A DNA stretch of 64,000 nucleotides from positions 1,302,001 through 1,366,000 of the forward strand of contig NC_087251.1 of assembly GCF_037042905.1 (NCBI RefSeq). The letters run 5' to 3'. The notes beneath the pieces are model-generated. The model searched no databases, was not told the DNA's origin, and worked only from the letters and a program-made list of their open reading frames with translations. Of this stretch, positions 26,001 to 40,814 are shown one piece after another (within the stretch, counting starts at the first letter, position 1; every line of letters begins with the position of its first letter). This DNA is from Lytechinus pictus. Taxonomy: Eukaryota. The position numbers and the translations under genes were made by a program.

Positions 26001-27761
26001 CCTTTTAAAATGCTGTCACTCATTGACCCTTCAAAGCTTGATTTTCACCCATTAATTTATGATTATTGAATATTCAATTTTTGTAGATTAGACATCAAGG
26101 AATATTTTGGTTCAGTTAGATTAGGTTACAAATCTGCAATTCACATATTCACTAGTGAATCAATCCATATTGTACATTCCAACTCTGAAGGATTTGAAAT
26201 TAATCTAGATCAGCTTTGAATAGTGACCAGCAGAATTTTGGATCTTTAGTATTGAATTTAAAAATATCAAAGAATTTGAAATAAATATTTTAACTTTATA
26301 TTAAATTTTAGTCCGAGTGAACAGGGAAAAACTTTCATTATCTGTTTTAGAGCTAATCATGTTTAGTTGGGCAAAAGGAACAAAATTGTCACTTCCTTAA
26401 AGTTATCATTTGCCCTAAGAAGAATCCATGCATTTATGGATGAAATATGTGTTTCTTCTCAGATAATGTAAGAATAACCAAGGAAGGTTAGATTTAGAGG
26501 TGTGACACTGAAATGTGTCATCAGTCATATAATTTTCCAGGAAAATGACACAATTTCTGTCACCCACCTTTCCCAACTCTCCACATGAGAGACAATGTAT
26601 CATGCAGTATACCATCTAATGAACTGCTTAGGCCCATATGAAGGGGAAATAGTATCCCCCGAATAAAATGTTTAAAAATATTTTCTCAGTATTTAAATAG
26701 CCATGCTTTGCAGTCAAGCTAATAGACTCCAGTAGAGAGTGCGTACACATTCTCCAATGTTCATTTTCTGTATTTTTTAAAATGGCTTGGAATTTCCTAC
26801 ATATTCTCATCTTCTGAAACAGAATATAAACACAGGCAGCTATTTTGCAAATTGTTGTAATGCAGATTCTAAAATTTGAAATGGCTTGTTTCATTACACA
26901 TTTAAGCCTTGAGTATGAACACAGTTTTATAGTCTCCATACTATGTATATATCAAATCATGCATATTTGGATAAAAGACAGTTTAACTCAATTAAAACTT
27001 TGATTAATCCATCTCAGCTTTAACTCAGAGTGTGAATACAGCTCTCATCCCATTTTCCATATTATCCATATATAAGATTAAACCGAGTGATAAGCATCTC
27101 AATTCAATCAAGGCTAATTGGGGGATAGCCAAAGCGATGATAGCGCCGGTGTCTGTCTCACTCTATAATTTGCTCCGTCTTGAGTTACACTTCTTTCTCA
27201 GAAAGGGGATGAGATGAAGCCCTTCTTTCTCAGTCTTGATGAGCTTCTTGATGGAAATTGGAAGATTTTTATGTTTTTTGACAAGGGAGGGAAATGGTTA
27301 AGGGTGTGAAAGAAAGAGAAAGATGAGGATTGTTTTTGATAAAGAGGAAAATAAGAAGATGTATGCTAACCCTAACCCTAATGCCCTAACCCTAATGCAT
27401 TCTAAACTTTCACATGGCACGCCTTAACATTTTATCCTATGGGATAGTATTCCATTTGGCATGTGATAGTGACTTAATATTTAGATAATTGCAAGGGTTC
27501 GGAAAGGCTTGACCCTTATGAATACTGTAGTTATCTTGAAAATAAAGTAAATTCATGTTTTTTCCCTATGGCCTATACATGTAAATTTTCAAAAATTTAT
27601 ATTGGCTCTCTTTCAAATCTGGCTCAAAATTTTCTATTAAAACTCATATGGAAGTTTATAAATACAGAAGGTGATCATAATTAGCCTGAAAACAAATTTC
27701 TTACACATCTCCTTATACTATAGGAGAATCCGAACCATACAAAAAAAAATTTATACATGGG

Positions 27762-27766
<5 letters not shown>

Positions 27767-27811
<45 letters not shown>
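27767..27811. repeat. (AT)n microsatellite
   Basis: Perfect AT dinucleotide run. Confidence 0.95.
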
Positions 27812-27816
<5 letters not shown>

Positions 27817-28126
27817 AAATTTCAATTCATCTGAAAACTAATCTGAAGGTCATCATTTTACATAATATTAATTTCTTTTTTCAAATATAAGTTGCAGGAA
27901 GGGTTAAAAAATGCCGAATTTATGGTGCCAGACAAAGTGTAATGCGACTGACCGTAATGTGACAGATCAGGCTTTTTGTGTCCACAAAAGAAACTTGAAG
28001 TTGCTACCCAAATGCAAATGTCTTACTATATTTGAGACATGTAAGTAATGTTTTGCAGGTATTGAAAAATGTTATGATTTGAAAGAACTATTAAAAAGTA
28101 AATCAGTCACTCTTTTTCCATGTCCT

Positions 28127-29103
28127 TTTTATACGCCCGTCCTAGACGGGATGTATTATGGTATCATGTGCGGTGTCCGTCCGTCTGTCCGTCTGTTAAC
28201 TTTTCCCTGTAAACGCGATAACTTCAGTTTGACTTAACCGAGGCTCATATAATTTGGTGTGTATGATATTAGCATGGATCTCAGGAAGCCTATTGATTTT
28301 GAGGTCAAAAGGTCAAAGGTCAAGTTCACAGTTACATGTTTTCATCTTACCCTTCTGCAGTCCATGGAAACATGATAACTTCAGTTTAACTCAACCTAGG
28401 CTCATATAATTTGGTTTGTATGATACTAGCATGGATCCTAGGAAGCTTATAGATTTTTAGGTCAAAAGGTCAAAGGTCAAGGTCACAGTGACATATTTTC
28501 ATATTACCCTTCTGCAGTCCTTGTAAACGCGATAACTTAAGTATAACTTAACCTAGTCTCATATAATTTGGTGTGTATGATACTAGCATGGATCTCAGGA
28601 AGCCTATTGATTTTGAGGTCAAAAGGTCAAAGGTCAAGGTCACACTGACATGTTTTCATTGAACCCTTCTGTAGAAGGTCACGGTCACAGTGACATATTT
28701 TCATCTTGCCCTGCTGCAGTCCTTGTAAACGCGATAACTTCAGTTTAACTTTAATAACCTAGGCTCTTACAATTTGGTGTGTATGATACTAGCATGAATC
28801 CCAGGAAGCCTAATGATTTTGAGGGCAAAAGGTCAAAGGTCAAGGTCACACAGATGTTTTCATCAAACCCTTCTGCAATCCTTGTAAACGAGATAACTTG
28901 AGTTGAACTTAACCTAGGCTCATATAATTTGGCGTGTATGATATTAGCATAGATCTCAGCAATTCTATTGATTTGAGGTCTATTGATTTGAGGTCAAGGT
29001 CAAAGGTGAAGTCGCCACCTTCCACTTTCCTTGCTTGACCACTAACTCCATTTTCCATGTTACAGACGGACGTATTATGTGCTCGCCTTAGCGACACTCT
29101 TGT
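28127..29103 (+). mobile_element. Helentron-associated (HINE/DINE-1/Tsp-like) element with ~157-bp central tandem repeats, nested in another DNA element
   Basis: T-run, sub-TIR ATACGCCCGTC with inverted copies near 28145 and 29065, (GTCC/GTCT)n microsatellite, 4-5 units of 157-200 bp, 3' stem-loop GTGCTCGC-CTTA-GCGACAC then CTTGT. The host element carries TGTAATGCGACTGACCG on both sides and ends at ~29265. Confidence 0.8.
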
Positions 29104-29699
29104 TGTGTAATGCGACTGACCGATTTTTAGGATGTCATGGCGTCCATCATATACAGCACCCAACTTTTCTATATGTATTGTTAAGACTCAATCCTGTAAA
29201 ACTGACAGCACGAAGTATTTAGAAAAGAAAAGAAAATTGTAATGCGACTGACCGTGAAATCACCCAAATATATGTCATGAAGTCTTGTCACTCTGGGGTA
29301 GTTCGCACATCTACTAACCCTTATACTAATGACTTCTGAGAAGCATTGACAACAAAATTACCATCATGCATATTTTGTCTGTCAAATAAAAATGTAGAAA
29401 AATATGGTACACACATACATGAAGTAGATTCTGGAGGAAAAAGATGAATTTTGAATGTTTTGATGACAAATAAGAATAGGTGGGACAATGTTTAAGAGCT
29501 GATCCTTTGTTTAGCATTTTCTTTCTCTTTCTACATGTATAATGCTCCAGTACATTTCTATGTGATATTATGTTGTAATGTTTAGGTAGTTGATCTCATG
29601 TATAGATGTGCAACTTTGAGAACAGAAGAGTTATTTTATCATAGCTGTTGATCTGTAATCCATGTTGACATTCAATATATATTTTGATCATGTATATAG

Positions 29700-29840
29700 G
29701 ATGCCAAGCTGAGTACTCTTTGTGACATGGGTTCTAAAGATGTCCCTTTGGAAGATAAGACCATCACAGTTGTCTATGGATCAGACATTGTTAGTCTCTC
29801 ATTCATTAATTTCTGTGGTACATCGGCTAAAGTAGCTCAG
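29700..29840 (+). CDS. PLCB: PLC-beta exon, PH domain (DAKLSTLCDMGSKDVPLEDKTITVVYGSDIVSLSFINFCGTSAKVAQ)
   Basis: AG / GTAAGA; 141 nt, phase 0-0; ITVVYG-D-V motif of PLC-beta. Confidence 0.95.
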
Positions 29841-32800
29841 GTAAGAATCTCATTGTGTCCTATGAAAACCAAACTTTACAATTGATCATATTGTCGGATT
29901 GTATGATCAATTGCATTCTTTGGTAAAAGAAATTGTTTCAAAGTATTTAAGAATAATGAATTGTACATTCATTTTACATCTAGTTTTGCCTGATAATTTC
30001 TTTGTCATCAAATAATGGTACAGCAGTACAACTTTGTCATACAATATCTTAATTTTCATACCACCATGTGATATATTTGATGTGAAGAAAACACAAACAA
30101 ACATAGATAGTAATACATGTACATGTATGTTTAACAGCTTAATATCTTCTGTAGATAGCATTTACATGTATATACTTCAAATTAGAATTACACTTGTTGT
30201 ATATCAACTATTACCACTGATGCAACAAGTTTTCATGATCAAGAAAAAATAGAAAAGGATCAGTAATCTATTTCTATCATTCAAATGGATAAAATGTGCT
30301 CTTGGGTTCATATGCCCTCTTTCAGTAAATTGCTGTTCCGTCCTTACCCTCGCAAAGTCATAAAATTTTGAATTACTCAAAGGGTTGGGCCAAAAATTTA
30401 GCTTTGCTTTTAGAAATACCAGGTACTGGCCAGGTCCAAATCAGGCATGGACCAGATCATCATTTAAAGGGAGCTTTGCTATATCTGGGCATAAATTCAT
30501 CACATGGTCAAAGTTCATCTGTTATTTCCATGCAAAATCAGGCTTTGCCTATTATTGCTTCCTATTGGTCTGAAGTAGGAGCGTTGTAGTTACCATGCTC
30601 CAACTGGTACCTTTCTAGAATGAGTCACTGATTTAATGAAATGTCCTTGCAAAAGAAGCTTGGTCTGCTGTGAATTACTGAAAGCAATTTTTACTGTTGA
30701 TGCAAACTTTTCTATTGCGTACCATAAATAGATGAATTACTGAAAGGGGTTACAGAGGCTCAGAGTATGTCCATCTACTTTGGAAAAGCTTGCAAGTGCT
30801 TTGATGCTATTATGGAATGGTTGAAGTCTGGCATTTGTTATAGTTAGGAGAAAAGCTGGGCGTCTTATCACATTAGAGATCATTGGGGAACTAAACTAAG
30901 CAGCTACTGCAATGTGTTAAGACAAGCTGGCGTGATATTCAATTAGTCTAAGACTTCAGACTACTAAAGTGTAATGGAATTTCCTGAAGATATATTCTAT
31001 TTTGCACAAATGAAATTCCGCTCATAATTATTATTTTTTGTTTTCATATTTTTACTGCTTTTTCATTTGTTCATGTACTAATTTATGTTTATATTGTTTG
31101 TTTATTTACATGTATTGATGTTTTCATTGATTGATTGATCAATGGGGGTGAGGGAGATGTGAAATATTTATCCAGTTGTGCTTTTTAAATTGTAGAAAAG
31201 TGAGTAGAATAGTTATACCCAAAAGTGCCCCATCTTTTCTCGATATGTACTGTACAGGAGATATGCCTGTATAAAAGAGTAGGCTTGCTTTCTGTAACCT
31301 TGATGGTATTTATTGGAAGCGACCAGTTAGAATTCACTAGACTTGAATGCATGCATCATTGAAATAGAATGGTGAAAAATGCACTGGCCTAGTTAGTTCA
31401 TTGTAAACTCTTTGATCTTTGTATAAAAAACGCTCAAAAGTATCTCCATTCCAATGTCCATTTAATAGCATGAGGATGAAGTACCATTCTACCAGTGATC
31501 TACCTTGTATTTATGCAGGGTGAATATAATGCTGGTACTATTACAGCATTCATACTGAACGCCTTTTCTTAATTCTTTTAATAAAGATACAAAAATGTAT
31601 TACCATCAATTTTATGGATATTATCAATAATGATTTTATGATCATGTACCATCAATTAACATTTTTATATTAACTCTTTTATATTATTTGTCATTAAAAA
31701 TCTCGTTTTTAGCATGATAATAAACAGGGACAATGGTACATGGGGACTTTGGGTGACACACCCCCAAATATCAAAAGAAGACTGTTCAACTTGCAAAAGA
31801 GTTACCATAAATTGCAACTTTGTCCATTTCAAAATGTAAATTGGAAATGAAAGAGAGTAAGAAGAAAAGCCCCTGCAATTCAAGATTATCCTGGTAAATG
31901 TCCAATTCATCTTGTGAGACCACAGAAAGAAATCAGGGATGTGAGAGGGTGCCTTAAAGAAATCAAATGCTTGGCATATTGTCTGCAGGTTGTATGAAAA
32001 TTACAATGAACTTTTCTATCCAAAGGCAACTATTATGATAAAAATGCTCAGCAGTCATTCAAAATCAAGGATTCAACAAAAAATTTAATTGGATGGATGG
32101 CCAAGTTAACATGATAGCTATACTTAAATGCAGTGGGACCTGAGTTTGAATTTGTTTTGACTTGCACTAGACTTATGTATTGAAGGTGGATTTCTATTGG
32201 ACATCATCATAATTTTAATTATGCTGGTACCATTGTACTCAAATTAGACCCCCCCATTCCCCTCAATTGAATTCTCTGGTTACTAGAAAACTGCTGGAGC
32301 ATTAATATTTATTACCTAATATGCACCATCTATCAGCTCAGCGACTTATTTGGTGTATCATATCCTGTCCACTTTGTACCCAAAGAATGTCTTGAACCTT
32401 TAAAAAAATGTCTGAACAAATCTTTTAAAAGTTTTCCTTGGAACAGTGATGATTGAATGCTAGGTGCTTTTCTTTGCTCTTTGATTACATTTAAAGAAAA
32501 AGGACTCTAGGTAAATAGATTTAAACTGAGCTGTGATCCCACAAGTACTGTATGTACATTAAATGAATAATTGATCAGCAATAATCTTTATATTAACAAA
32601 GAACAGTGTGTGAAAATTGCTCAGAATACAGCATACCCCCATTCAGCCTGCTTTTATTGACCATTAAGCTGCACAGCCTTGACTTTTGATGCATTTGATT
32701 AATTAAACCTTTTTTTTATAATAGCAGAGAGGTGCTCTCTGAACATGTGGAAATGGCACGTTCAATAATTGGCTCTCATACCATAAAGGTGTGTGATGGT

Positions 32801-35635
32801 GTAGCAAAATAATCATGTACAGTAGTTAGTTAGTAAAAAAAAATGGATAAATACTTTTTATGTGAATACATGAGCATAGTACATGTAGTCAATTTCTAGT
32901 CTAGTGCATATTATTTACTCTACATGTACATATTACATATTACAACAGGTAGAAAACTAGAATTAAAATAAAATGTTTATGTTCTATGATAGGACATTTA
33001 TGTTGTAATCTGTTGAAATTTAATATTTCACAGTAAAAATCTGTGGATACCTTAATGTTTTGCTTGTAATTCTTTTTTTTTCTCCAAAGCATTGACAATA
33101 AAGATTGGAAAAACATTTTTTTATTATCAAGTCTCATTGATATTTATTACAAATATGAAAATGGACAAGAGAGCATAGAAAGAAATCAGGACATGAGAGA
33201 TGAAATCTAATATGTCAAATTCAAATACGATTTAGCAAAGGAAAAAAATTGGAGTCTATAGCATTTGTAGAATGCGGATGTCTTACATTAAACCATTTTG
33301 AAAATGTGTTAAAGCTATTTAAACAATATACTCCACCTTGGAAACAGAATACTCTATAAGTCTTTGTAAAGAGACTATGTGGTTAGAGCTCCAAGATATT
33401 AAGTTTGATGCTCGACAGGCTTGTGTTTTGATTTCTCTTCTCTCCTACTTGAACCAATGCCAAGGGATAGTTGTGATTTATTTATAAAATATACCATCAA
33501 AAATGGAACCCAGGAGCTCCATTGCTTTTTCAATTCCCTTCAAGAGCCATTTTTTACATAGCTAAGTGCTCCTCTACATTACTACCAATAAACCCTAGTC
33601 ACACTATGTCAGCCCCATCTATAATAGATGGAATGAGAAATCTATTGCATTGAAAAGATGATTCATTATTTGGACTATTCCTATTTCTTTGCTATCTTTT
33701 CATTCTTAGAGGGGTATTCAATATTGGCTGCCTACATATGAAGGGCAAGGCCTATAGTTATTATTTTGCAGGCATTCAGTGTCTCTAAATGACTGCAGAG
33801 TGAAGCTGGCCTATCAATACTTTATAGGATATAACTTATTTCCAGAAGAATTAAACTATATTTGGGATAATACAGTATTGTTTAGTTGGATTTTGTATGA
33901 ACATTAAACAAATCAAATATAGAGTTTGTTTGAAGTAAACATGGATAGTTCTGCATTGACTTTTTAAAAACCAATTGATGCAAAATTTCTTTGCCCCCCC
34001 CCCCCCGCTATATCAGTCACTTTTAATGCCAGAGACATATCTTGATGCCTTTCCTTCATGTTTTTTGCTTGTACATGTAAACATGATAATATATTAGAGG
34101 TTAGTTCACAGCTGTGACTAACTACTTGATGTAACTTGATCAGGGTGTGTTGGGTTATAGTCAGTGTGATCATTGTTAATATCACATTGAAATGTCAATA
34201 TCATAAAGATTTGGAGCAGGGCAGTAAAATCTGATCAAAAAGGAAATTCTAATGATAAAAGGAATTAAATGAAAAATACCCCACACTCATATTTTAAGTA
34301 ATTGAATATAGTGCAGGATTAGCTAGTGTACATGAACTTAACATGTCAACTTTTTAGGTTCTAGCTGGTGTAAATGAGCCTCATATTTAGTCTGTAATAC
34401 TGTTTTAAGGAGTATTTATTCATATCTACTTTAGATCAGATTAAGTTCTTTATCATTTAAAGTATGAAAACCACATTTGTGTTAATTGATAAATTGTTTA
34501 AATCATTGCCATATAAATCTTAGATGTACATGTAGATTTGTTTTGAAATATTATGGATTCATGTTTAGCCACAAGGCACATAATATTGTGTTCGCCTTTC
34601 AAAGAAATAACATGGCAGTACAAATTGAGATATTGTATGTGACCATCAACGATTCCTAGCAATCTTGTGGCAAATATTCCACTCCTATTGATGAAGTCTT
34701 CACCACTCCTTAGCAGTATAGTTTCCATGGTAATTGTGGTTACCATGGTGATCTGTGTTTGTGCTGTAAGGCAAGTTTGAGATGGTGTTACAGGTGGTTC
34801 AGTGTGATATACGGCATCATTCACCTCTGCTCATTGATAGTGTAAATACTTAAAGAGTATGTAGTTTGTCTTTGCCTTGATACTCTGATGGATGTGGGTT
34901 TAGATGGGAAGCCTTGGGGGTATAGCAGTGATCTTATGTTGGGAAAAGGGATGAGGAATGGGCATTGGTGCATTCCTTTCAAATTGCCTGGAGTTCATGT
35001 CTTTAGTTGACAAGTTCAAATGCCTCAAATATGAATAAAGTCCACTGATAGATTTCTCAAGAAAAGGTAATAGTATAGGTTTTATTAACTGTGATTACGG
35101 TATGATATATATTGTTTTCACGGTCTTTTCAAAGGAAAATTTCTGTTGTTTATAAACATTACCCCCCTTTTTTTAACAAAACAAATAAGAGAGCATTTGC
35201 TTGATAATTTTTTCAAAGAAATTATATCAAAATTGATAATGATATACATTCATATTTTTAATGAAGATGGATAAAGACAAGAAATTAGCATGACTTCCCC
35301 TAATAAGTAGAAATCAAATTTATGGGGAGAGGATGGAGCAGTAAATAAAATGGGACAAGGGAAGGAAAAAATGGGAGGATGAGGAGCAGGAGGGGAAAGG
35401 TAAGAAAAATACAAAAAAGAGAAAAAAAATAGGATAGGAAAATGAGGAGAAGGGGAGATGTAAAAGGAGAAATAGAAAGAGAAAATGAAAGATACATGCT
35501 GAAAACTTAAGTGCTAAATCCGCAAATAAAAGTTTTAGGAATGACAACCTTTTCCAAAATGTTGCGTTTAATACTTAAAATGGTTGGGTTCAATAGTTTA
35601 ACTGTTTGATTCAGCATTATGCAAGGCTGGATTAT

Positions 35636-36200
35636 TACATTTCATTTCATTTAATGGTTTATTTAATAGACATGTATCGCAGTAAAAACTGAAATACACA
35701 TGCTTTACAGGGTATCAATTAAAAATACATGGTAAAAAACAGAGACAATTAAATTATTCACATACATTTGCACAGTAAGTTATTGATAAAGATGAATGAA
35801 TAACAGGAGAATGCATATGATAGATTGATAAAATCATTCAAAATAAAACTTTTAAAAGCACAATAAGTCAATGGTAATTAAAGAGATTTCACAATTTCTA
35901 AGCATGTATATATATATCAAACGTTTAAAGAATTTTCAAATTATTTCAGTTATGATTTGTAATATTTGTTAAGCACAACCACAACATGTGGAAAAGGTCA
36001 CTCCTACCTTTAATTGCTGATTTGCCGTTTCAGTTTTAAGCATGTAGAAAGAAAACTGGAAGATATCGAAAAAAGAAAGAAAATGTAATGTGCTCAAGAG
36101 TTAAACTAAAATGAGGCGTATCTCCTTTTTGAAACGTATCTATTTATTGACATCTTGATTTACATAATTCTGGCGTTCATGCATATTCATGGCCATTGTA
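35636..36200 (-). mobile_element. Possible old CR1/L2-type LINE 3' fragment
   Basis: Minus strand AATAAA followed by a (GAAAT)n tail, with weak upstream similarity to CR1 C-terminal sequence. Heavily degraded. Confidence 0.3.
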
Positions 36201-37817
36201 TTTTATCAAGGGCTCTTGAGTATATTTTTACCTGGTATCTATCTATAAGCAACGGAATATGACCATATATGGTAATGATTCTCGGAATTATGATTACCTA
36301 TTCCCCCAAAGGTCGTAATAAAGGTACAAGTTGATAATAAGTTGTGCTAACAAAGGCATACAGGCCTTCTATGCAGTGTGCTGTATATGAGTAGAAAAAA
36401 AGGGCTTGTTCATTTCTGATAAAATGCATCGTTGTACATGATCACTTTCTTTGGCAACTGTTTTCGTTGAACGACTGTATATGTTATAATTTGAATGATT
36501 TTGATAATCCTATGTTTATTCATTCTATTATGGTATGAAGGAATACCCATTTTAAAGAATATAAATGTGGATGGAATAATGGAAAGTGACAAATGTAGAT
36601 TAATTTCCTTTGTCATTTAATGTGAGATTATTTCAGTGGTAGTGATACACTGTGTCCCAGATAAAACAAACATGATTTTGGAAATGGATATCTTATGAAT
36701 GAATTCTTACAAATATTCAAAAATTAGCTTTTGGGACTAAAAAAGGTAATAAAAAATGCAAATACAAAATAGCATATATATCAAATCAAGTTTTAATTTT
36801 AACACACTCAGTTCTTTGCCTGGTATAGGCTTTGAAATGTGTGTTGCATTGAAGTAAAATCATGGTCAACAAATTTAGGTGTGTGTTTTGAGATTCATTT
36901 GAAAATTCAAACTAAATAGTCAGAAATCATATACAGTACCATGTAAGAGTTCATTCTTTTCTAGCCATGGGTCATTAAGCTGTATTAGAAAGTTCCAATT
37001 TTAGGAAGTGCTCTTGTATTCTGTTGCCTTGATCATGTTACAGTTCTTCATGCACTGCAAAAAAATGGCAGCATGTCAAATTACACTATAATTTGCATGT
37101 AGATTAACTATAAGGAAGGTTTAATAGGGGAATTTTAAGAGTTTGCAGCCTTTGTTAGGTAAATTTACATGTATACAAGTACAGTATGCGTTTCTTCAAT
37201 TGTACAACGATTGTATGGCATAGTCTATTTTTGTAGTCAAATTTTTGCATGACATTACAACTGTTTCCAAATAAGTGGCTAATAAACAAATTTAAAATAC
37301 ATGTATATAAAGTAGAGCTGTTGATTGTGTATGTTCTCTTATTGGGAAAAAAATGAATTCTTAATCTCAAAAACAAGAAAGTGAAGAAATTTTAAAATGG
37401 TTGCATGTACATGTAATTACATGTACAAATCTGTTAAAGATAATGCCATTGAGTTCCAGCTAGTGAAAAGCACAATGTGCCCCTTAATGATTTAATAGAT
37501 TTAAATGTTATTTTTATTCATATCCAAACTCGATTTGTTAAATCCTTGTGATTTAGAGTGTATGGAAAGCCAATTGTGATGCAAATCTCTTACAGTCAAT
37601 GATAATTTATTCTCCATTAATTCATAACTATCTGGGAATGATAAGAGCATGTGTAAAGGACACAGGAAAAAGAAGAAACGTACATATACAAAAATGATCT
37701 TTTTTTGACTTTCTATAATTCAAGCAAGGGTTAACTTTAGACTTCTCAATAATCCATATATGTCTTGCATACTTGTAATATTACTATATAACGCCCTTTT
37801 ACACTTTTCTGTTTCAG

Positions 37818-37897
37818 AAATGGTGTGAAACTTTACTCAAAATAGCCCACAACAGATCAGCACAGAACCCATCACCAGCCAAACTACTCCACAAAAT
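37818..37897 (+). CDS. PLCB: PLC-beta exon, PH C-terminal helix (KWCETLLKIAHNRSAQNPSPAKLLHK)
   Basis: TTTCAG / GTAAGT; 80 nt, phase 0-2; conserved PH Trp. Confidence 0.92.
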
Positions 37898-40675
37898 GTA
37901 AGTATGGCTACCTTGATGAAGGTTGATTCAAGGATAGGCAAATATTTTACTAAGCATTCAGATGTCAAATGGTGTCATATATGTGTGTTTTATGTTTAAA
38001 AAACTGTACCAGTTTTGTATTGGGAATCAGAAGTTTCTCCAGCTGCAGTTAGAGCTGGAGACCCCTTGGACATACAGCTTATATCTGGACCCTTCGGGAG
38101 AACATTGATTCAGCTGATGAGGGCTATCTCACCCATAATTATGTGGAAACAAATAAAATAAAACTAAATAAAATAAAGTAAAATAGTTCCTAGAATTGCA
38201 GCCTTTTTGAACAGTTTCTTACAAATATTTCTGAATCCTATGAATAATATATATATCTGAAAATCATTGAAGTTTCAAAACTTGCATGTTGGATTTTGTC
38301 ATGTTTTGACATTATATCCTTTGTAATACTCTCTCATTAAGCCCTTCAGAGGTTTATTATTTCTTTCTGCAGAAACGCCCCTAGCCCCTCCTTTCATAAA
38401 AGAACTGTGTGGAATGCCGTTCTTATTAATTGATGTAGTTTTGCTGCAATTAATGATGATTACTATGGCTCCTTAAAGGTCATAAACGCAATGATAGTTT
38501 CCATCATCCAATGTCATACAGTTTTCATATTTATTGTTTCACTGTAGTCTTTGAATGAGATGGAATGGGGGTTCTTTTGGTATCCAGTATATTCAAAGAG
38601 CATCCAAACGCATGCTGTATTCATCCTGAATGTTTCTGGCTCAATACTATTTAATAAAATATGGGAAGGGCACGTTCACATAATGCAGGGTTTAGACATT
38701 GGCCTAGGGTGGACTCAAATTATACATGTATTTTTGGTTCAACAGGCAGGCAACTGATCCAAGTTTCTCCCTTACTTGTGTGTGAAAAGGCAGCATGTCA
38801 GTTTCCTGATAAATTGAGATTATCTGTTTCTTGGTGAAAATGGACTTTGTCCTCGGCCTTTTGCACACCAGTTGAATGTGAAATTTAATTTTCATTTCCT
38901 GTTAATGTTTGAAACCCCAAATGAGGACATTAATGAGGACATTCTTTTCTCTCTTTCTCATTGTTGAGTCATATTCTAATAACATCCTGTATTACCAATG
39001 ATGCTTTCAGTTGTAGCTTATTATTGATGAGCAACTTTTGAATTCTATACACCAGCTCAAGAAAGCACTTGAAAGCAGGTTTCTGATTCAGCCCAAATTT
39101 CCTCTTATGACTGCTCAAGGAAGCAATTCTAAAATGTGATTGATTTTTTAAACCTTTATCAATTTTAAACCTATTGCATATTCAATGCATTTCCAACTTC
39201 TTAAAATAATCACTGGGACTAGAATCCCACCTTTAAAGCCAAGTACACTTCTTGGTTTCATAGAGTGCTTGACCCAGTGCTCTGAAGTAAAAAAAAAAAT
39301 CATGGCATAATAACACTGAAACTTGTGTTAAAGGTGTGAATGCTTTGACAAAGCTTAGCAACAATGTTTTAGTGTTTGATAAGAAATTGAAAAACAAAAC
39401 GATAGAGATGTACATGTAGAAAGACTAGTATTTCTTAATATTTACCTTTTTTTGCATGTCATTACTTACTGCAGTTAGTTTGTCAGGGGCTATTGGTTAG
39501 ACTAGTCATATGTCTAATGAAAGACATGAAAACATGATGTGTACTTTATATATCAATGAAGCATCAATAATGAAAACTGACAATGGGAGTTTTGCAATCA
39601 AACCAAATTAAAGGGTAACATGATTTGATGATCATAGTAGAGCAAGTCAATACCATATATTTATACAAGTTTTGATGACTACATGTTCATATACTCACAT
39701 GACATGCAATTATTTACTGCTGCTTGTCATTTGTCATAGTGCCCATGAAAGATTCTTTTTTACTTTAAATATTTTGGGGAAAAAATCATGATAGATTGGA
39801 AAATTTGTAGATTTTTACAAAATAAATATTGTTTTACCATTTTTTCCTGTATGTGTCCTTAGTTTCTCACTCTATTACAAAACTTACACAGAGCTTCTTT
39901 CCCAATGTTAGAGGTGAAAGCTATCTACAGTTTATTGTACGTGGGGTATTTTCTAAAATTCCAAAATGAAGTTATCAAGCAGTAGGTGATTTGATTAGAA
40001 TTTCTCTGTTCACATTTTTGTAACATGAATCTCTTTGCATGTCAATTGTGTAGAAATCATGACTTTTTTGTGATGATGAGCTTTGCTATGCAAGCCTCTG
40101 CATTATCTTATTACATGTTGCATGCATACATGTGCATATTTGTAATCCAATAATGTAGCAATTCCTCAGAATGATTTTTTTTACTTTGCTTGCTTTCATT
40201 ATTGCCTTATCATGTTATGAAATCAAATTAAAAAAATTGTTGTACTTTGATTGTTAGCTTTTTGCTAGGGTTCCCAGAGGTATGAATATGAAACAACAGT
40301 ATATTTAAGAATATTGATGTGATGAAATAAATTGAAATATTTTTATTCATAGCATGTGCTGTTTGACCAATTCTATGGTGAATTTGAAGTTAAAAAAAAT
40401 GTATGTTTGTAAATGAAACAAAAAACAAATTAAGACATAGTTTACAAACTGATCATTGGAGGTTAAGGTAAAGACTCAGCAGTCAAATTTGACTATTTAA
40501 ACTTTTGGGTATAAAACATGATTGTAATATTTTTCACATTTTTTTGTTTGTTTGATAGTAAATGTAAATACAGGCAAAAACAGCAAGGGCATATTGTACG
40601 CTCACAATATGACAATTGTAAGATTAAGAAAAATTGCTCAGAAATTACTTGTTTCATATCATCAGTAGATAACAG

Positions 40676-40814
40676 GACCCATTGCATGGAAGTTACACCT
40701 TTGTCATTGAATGGTAACTACTATGGTAGCAATGCTCATCAGCCAATCAGAATCAAGGATTGCAGTAAAAGATACAATTGGATGGCAAAGTTACCACTCT
40801 TATGCAACCTGATC
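40676..40814. mobile_element. Degenerate short Harbinger-like MITE carrying a CCAAT motif
   Basis: Ends GACCCATTGCAT / ATGCAACCTGATC flanked by CAG; core CAGCCAATCAGAATCAAGGA recurs near 55035 (inverted) and 59335. Confidence 0.5.

Noticed and set aside
28200..29000. CRISPR-like array
   Set aside because: Eukaryotic tandem repeats without unique spacers or cas genes.
38110..38150. CTGATGAG...GAAAC hammerhead-like words
   Set aside because: No stem II closing onto GAAA and no NUH/stem I; probably a retroelement 3' tail.
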